This document shows, piece after piece, positions 58,301 to 64,000 of a DNA stretch of 64,000 bases. How positions within the stretch are numbered: the first letter of the stretch is position 1; each line of letters begins with the position of its first letter. Where the stretch lies: positions 87,482,001 through 87,546,000 of the forward strand of contig JAGIQG010000001.1 of NCBI GenBank assembly GCA_024679065.1, given 5' to 3'. Both the position numbers and the translations under genes were made by a program. The notes beneath the pieces are model-generated. The model worked only from the letters and a program-made list of their open reading frames with translations. It did not search any database and had not been told where the DNA came from. This stretch comes from Sphyrna mokarran (lineage: Eukaryota).

Positions 58301-59744
58301 AATCAGTAATCCTAACACCTTGGGAAGTCACAAGCTGCAAGCTCACCATTCTAGTGTGTGACTCTCTGAGAATTCTACTCTCCGCTGGGGGAGCTGGCTT
58401 GTGGGATCAGTCCTTGCAAACATTATAAAAACACTGAGTGACAATTACTCCTGATGAGTGAAACCTGACAGTCTGGCAATATTATCTTTTGGATTCTCTT
58501 TATTCTCTCCAGCGCTTGCCTCTCTTTCTGGTGCTAGGGTACAAGTTCATGGACTCCTGTAGATTATTATCAAACATACAGAGGACAAAGGAGAAATGAG
58601 ATAAAATATACAAATATAAAATCAGCAATAGAAGCAGCAAAAAGGTGAGAGGTCAATGTGTTTCTCAGTTTAGTTCCTGGTTTGTATTCCAGGGCTCATC
58701 CGATATTTGGAATTGATAGGGAGTTAGTGAGGATAGAGGCATGAGCCAAATAACCATATTTTTTCTGTATCAAATCAGGAACATAATAAATTGAGAACCA
58801 CAGTATCCTTGTGTCCTCCCACTAGATCTCTTGATAAATTTATATTTTTATGTATTTGTATTTTCTGACATTTCCTTAATGTTTGCTATTCCCTTTCCCC
58901 TTTGTTGACAAATTCATTAATTACAAAAACAATTGGTGGGATTCTGCAGTCTCACCCATGGCAGAACCTGTTGCAAATGAGAATAGAAAATTTGGCATTC
59001 CAGCAAAAACTTCACTCACTTTCACCAGCACTGGAAAATCCCAGCTGCAAACAGAGATAGAAAATTTTGGCCCATTTCTTTTCTGGGATGGGAAATGGTG
59101 CTGGCTTGTGCTGTTCCAAAAACAATGGCATTTCTCTCAAGCTTACGCTGTTCCTATGTGAGAGATGAGAAGGCTCAGGGGATAAAATCCTGTCAGTGGA
59201 TGTTGAATTTTCATAGTCAAACCCTTTTACGGGCCTTCTTCCTTTAGGGTCAAATAGATTTCCCTTCCAGATTTTAGCCAACAACACATCAAATAACAGG
59301 GTTCAAGTCACTGCAGTTGCTTCAATTATGCAAAAATATTCAATTTTGGTACTTCCTAACCAGAGGGAGGCTTCCTTTAGTGGATATTAATAATATTTAA
59401 TGAAGATATCTGAGGAAAATTGGACATGGTGATATCGTGCTAGCCAGATGAACATCTACTGGTAAAATGAACAAAGGGAAAATTTAACTCCAGATGCTAA
59501 CAAAGTATTTAATTGTGGAAGATAGTCAAGTCTCCATTAAGCATCTGCCTGGGTATTACTAGTGGTTAGTGAGTCAGTTAGCTCAGTTTGGCTGATTCAA
59601 CCCCCGTACTGGCTGATGTTATCCATGAAGGCTTCTTTTCTCAATGTGACCCCTTGCTTGAGGTATGGTGATCCTCAAGTTAAATCACCTTAGAGGGGGA
59701 GAACAGCCTATGGTCATCTGGGACTATGATGACTTTACCTTTCT

Positions 59745-61265
59745 TTTGGCAGAGGTGATAGCGGATGCCCTGGTAATTATCTTTCAGAATTCACTGGATT
59801 CTGGGAAAGTGCCGGAAGATTGGAAAACGGCTAATGTTACGTTGCTGTTTAAAAAAGGTAGCAGACAGAAGGCAGGGAATTATAGGCCGGTTAGTTTAAC
59901 GTCTGTAGTAGGAAAAATGCTTGAATCTGTAGTCAAAGCAGAAATTACGAGGCACCTGGATACAAACTGTTTGATCAGGCAGACGCAGCATGGATTCGTT
60001 AAGGGGAAGTCATGCTTGACGAATTTATTGGAGTTCTATGAGGAAGTGACTAGTGCGGTAGATAGAGAGGAACCGGTGGATGTGGTGTTTTTGGATTTCC
60101 GAAAAAGCGTTTGATAAGGTGCCTCACAAAAGATTGCTGCAGAATGTTAGGGTGCAGGGAGTCGGGGGTAGAGTGTTAAACTGGGTAGAGGAATGGTTGT
60201 CTAATAGGAAGCAGAGGGTAGGTATTAATGGATGCTATTCTGATTGGCAGCTGGTGACTAGTGGAGTGCCCCAGGGTTCGGTGCTGGGGCCTCAACTATT
60301 TACTATTTACATAGATGATCTGAAGGAAGGGGCTGAGTGTAGGGTGACGAAATTTGCTGATGACATGAAGATGAGTGGAAAAGCAAATTGCGTGGAAGGT
60401 ATGGAAAGCCTGCAGAGGGATCTGGATAGGTTGAGTGAGTGGGCAGATGGAGTATAATGTTAGCAAGTGTGAGGTTATCCACTTTGGTAAGAATAATGAT
60501 AGGAAGGATTACTATTTAAATGGCGAAAAGCTGCAGCATGCGACAGTGCAGAGGGACCTGGGGGTCCTTGTGCACGAATCACAAAAACACAGTCTGCAGG
60601 TGCAGCAGGTGATTAAGAAGGCGAATGCAATGTTGGCCTTTATAGCTAGGGGGATAGAATATAAAAGTAGGGAGGTTCTGTTGCAGTTGTATAGGGTGCT
60701 GGTGAGGCCACAGCTGGAGTACTGTGTGCAGTTTTCGAGGAAGGATATATTGGCCTTGGAGGGGGTGCAGAGAAGGTTTACTAGGCTGATACCGGAGATG
60801 AGGGCATTGGATTATAAGGAGAGACTAAATAGGCTAGGTTTGTACTCTTTAGAGTTTAGAATGCTGAGAAAGGATCTTTATAGAGACATATAAGATAATG
60901 AAGGGAATGGATAGGGTAGAGGTTGAGAGACTCTTCCTGCTTAGCAAAGATAGCAGGACTAGAGGGCACAGCCTCAAGATTAGGGGGGAGTGGTTCAGAT
61001 CAGAGTTGTGGAGGAGTTTCTTCACGCAAAGGGTGGTGAATCTTTGGAATTCTCTGCCTGATGAGGTGGTGGAAGCTTCCTCACTGAATATATTCAAATC
61101 AAGAGTGGACAGGTTTTGATTGACAAGGGAATTAAGGGTTACGGGGAGAAAGCAGGAAAGTGGTACTGAACCATTACAGATCAGCCATGATCTTATTGAA
61201 TTCTGGGGGAGGCTCGAGGGACTGGATGGCCTACTCCTGCTCCTATTTCTTATGTTCTTATGTTC
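59745..61265 (+). mobile_element. CR1 LINE ORF2 (RT domain) to 3' tail, with frameshifts
   Basis: PEDWKTANV, NYRPVSLTS, KAFDKVPH, SGVPQGSVLGP, KFADD, LVRPQLEYCVQF and (ttcttatg)n tail. Confidence 0.95.
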
Positions 61266-63379
61266 TGACCTTTATTAGTGGTCAGAAAACCTCTCTAGAT
61301 CAGGAGCAAATGGCACTTCAGAGATTTCATACTGCCGCAGCTGAGATCAGCTAACTTAGCCACAACAACTTATACGTATATGGTGCCTTCAATGTAATAA
61401 AACATTCCATGGCACTGCACAAGAGTGCTTGCATAAAAATTTCACATCAAGTCACATTAGGACATGTGACTAAAAACTTGGTCAAAAGATAGTTTTAAGG
61501 AAGTCTTAGAAAAGAAAAGGAAGGAATTCCAGAGCTTAGGTAGCTTCGTACATGTGGAGCAATGAAATTTAGTATGTACAAGAGATCTGAATAGGAGGAG
61601 TGCAGAGATCTTGGAGGGTTATAAAGCTAGAGGACGTTATAGAGATAGGGAGGCATGACACCTTGGAGGGATCTGAAAATGATGATAGTTTTAAAACCAT
61701 TTGCCAGACTGGAAGCTAATGTAGGTGATTGAGCACAGGGGTGATGGGTATATTGGGACATGGCAAGAAATAGCACACTAACAGAAGAATTTTGTGTAAG
61801 CTCAAGTGTATAAAGGGTACAAGATGGAGGCCGAGAATTTCACAGTATCTTCATTGCACTGTTAATGTAAGCTTTACTTATGACTAATAAATAAATTTTA
61901 AATTTAGAGGGTATTGGAATGGTGGAAATTAAGCTTAATAAAGGCCTGGATAGCGATTTCAGCAGCAGATAAGCTGAGGCTGGGGTACAGTGAATTGATG
62001 TTTTGTAGATGGAAGTAGGCAACTTTGGTAAGATAACAGATATGAGGTCAGAAGTTCATTAAGATCAAAAAGGAAAGCAAGTTGCAAACAATCTGCTTCA
62101 GCTTTAGACCGCAGCCAGAATGAGAGCTGAAATCAGTGGCTTGGAAATGGAGGTTATGTCAAAAAACTGTGGCTTTGGTCTTCCCAATATTTAGTTGCAG
62201 GAAATTTTCACTTATCCAGTACTGGACGTCATACTAACAGTGTGACAAATCTGAAACAGGAGAAAGGTCAAGAGGAATAATGGTGAGATAGTGCTCAATG
62301 TTGTCAATGTACATATGAAACTTTGATGTTGTTTTCAGCTGATGCCTGTAGAAATGATTAAGCTTGAGTGCTTCAAGTCCACAGCCAGAATTTTCTGACC
62401 ATTCATGCCAATGGAATTCTCTGGTTCTGCTACAGTGAACGTAGATTTGACTGAGCACCAAATTCTCCATCCTTGCTTGCAGCTTTGGTGGAGAGTGAAC
62501 AGCCAGAAAAGTTTGGCCCCTTTGCCTCCACTCCTCATCGAAGAGAAGCTTCTTTTACTGAACCGTCAGGAATTTCCTGAATTCTGAATTACAACAGTGC
62601 AACATACTATTGTCTTGTCAACATTTAAGTGGCCTTGTTTTAATTGTACTAAAGGTGCGACATGATAGTCGAATAGGAATATTGCAGTATGCAACTGGCT
62701 CCAGCTTGCTGTCCATGGCATTTTAACATTCAAATCCATCCATTCAATTCTAATGAGTTTAGTTGATTCTTATCCAAGTTACTTCTGATAAAAACTAAAC
62801 TCTGAACCTTTGTTTTATTATTTGTTTTCTTAGCTTCAATTTTGTTTCGTTTATACATTCCTCAGGTGGAGATTATGTAATGCATTGGCCAGATGCTCCA
62901 GGGTCATTCCCACACAGAACATAATGACCAAGGATTCTGCATTCATAACGCAGCCAAACCGGCTGAGCATCAACTGTTAAATCCTTCCAATACATGCCAA
63001 TGAACGTACAAACATATGAACATACATATTAAAAGGAAAAGCAGGCCACTCAGTTCTTTGAGCCTCAGTAAGATCACAACTTCAAACCTACATTCCTGCC
63101 TACCCCCAGTGACATTCCTTGTGAATGAGAAATCTAAATGGTAGGAGATAAGAGTGGGAGTGATTCCTGGCCAGTCATGTGATGGCACAAAATTAGAATC
63201 TCGACCATCACAATTCATAGCTCCAGAAAAAGTGTACATTGCACAGAAACTCCTGGTAGGAGGGCCAGTTGGCTTGAGTGGATCAAATTCATGATGATAG
63301 CAAGGGTTTCGATCCCCGTTCCAGCTGAGGTGGATTTAGAACATGCCTCTGTGCCCTAATTGTGGTGCTGTGAATCAGA

Positions 63380-63642
63380 CCTGCTTTTGGGTAGCTTACA
63401 TTAACACTGCAATGAAATTACTATGAAAATCCCCTAGTTGCCACACTCCATTGTCTGCTCAGTTACACTGAGGGAGAATTTTGCATTGCCAATGTACCTA
63501 ACCAGCATGTCTTTCAGACTGTGGGAAGAAATCCACACAGCCACAGGGAGAACGTACAAACTCACACAGAAAATGACCCAAGCCAGGAATTGAACCCAGA
63601 TCCTTGGCACTGTGAGGCAGCAGTGTTAACCACTGTGCCATC
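63380..63642 (-). mobile_element. tRNA-derived SINE, sister of 32570-32826
   Basis: tggcacagtggttaacactgctgcctcacagtgcc...ggttcaattcc. Confidence 0.78.
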
Positions 63643-63737
63643 CATCTGCTACAGGCAATTTACTTAGTTCTAACCTTCATGTTCACTGGGACCCCACTTG
63701 GCCCACCACTGAAGGATAACCAGTTAGTGACTGAAAT

Positions 63738-63965
63738 AAAAAGGATAAAAATACTAGAAATTCAGAGCAGATCAACAAACATCTAAAAAGGAAAGACTGG
63801 TGAAATTTTTCAATGCAAGATTAACAAGCATTAAACATCAGAAGAATATATTCCTTATGACAGCCTTTCTACCTGATTTTTAACGCTTGTTAAAAATTTC
63901 ACTAGCCTTTCCTTTTCAGATGTTTGTTGATCTGCTCTGAATTTCTAGTATTTTTATCCTTTTTT
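63738..63965. repeat. Inverted repeat, about 73-bp arms
   Basis: 63738-63810 pairs with 63892-63965 almost perfectly. Confidence 0.85.
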
Positions 63966-64000
63966 CAGAGAAGAATATAATTAGTAGTCATGATCATGCT

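Noticed and set aside
58451-58470. CTGATGAGTGAAAC as a hammerhead
   Set aside because: Stem II is absent and there are no convincing flanking helices.

Overview
Eukaryotic, AT-rich, repeat-dense DNA from a vertebrate. The CR1, V-SINE-like and Penelope repeat complement suggests a cartilaginous fish (inference). The window holds the conserved LIAS-RPL9-KLB block. LIAS (minus strand) has 10 coding exons from 25399 down to 1047, with its last exon beyond position 1. RPL9/uL6 (plus strand) is complete, from a TOP-type first exon at about 29761. KLB (beta-klotho, minus strand) has exons 2-5 from 56842 to 46607, with exon 1 beyond 64000. The most notable observation is that RPL9 carries two intact, tandemly duplicated terminal coding exons (36913-37019 and 37810-37919). 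They differ almost only at synonymous sites but encode different C-terminal tails. The first copy is preceded by two RBFOX-type TGCATG motifs and a stop-introducing alternative acceptor, which suggests a splicing-controlled, possibly tissue-specific uL6 isoform switch. Other items: an S-P-S-containing insertion in KLB domain 2, a structured RPL9 intronic RNA candidate, a 653-bp near-perfect inverted repeat in LIAS intron 2, templated insertions, and Penelope relics with degenerate hammerhead cores. Exon coordinates were read by hand from splice signals; repeat boundaries and family names are approximate and from recall, not from a database search.
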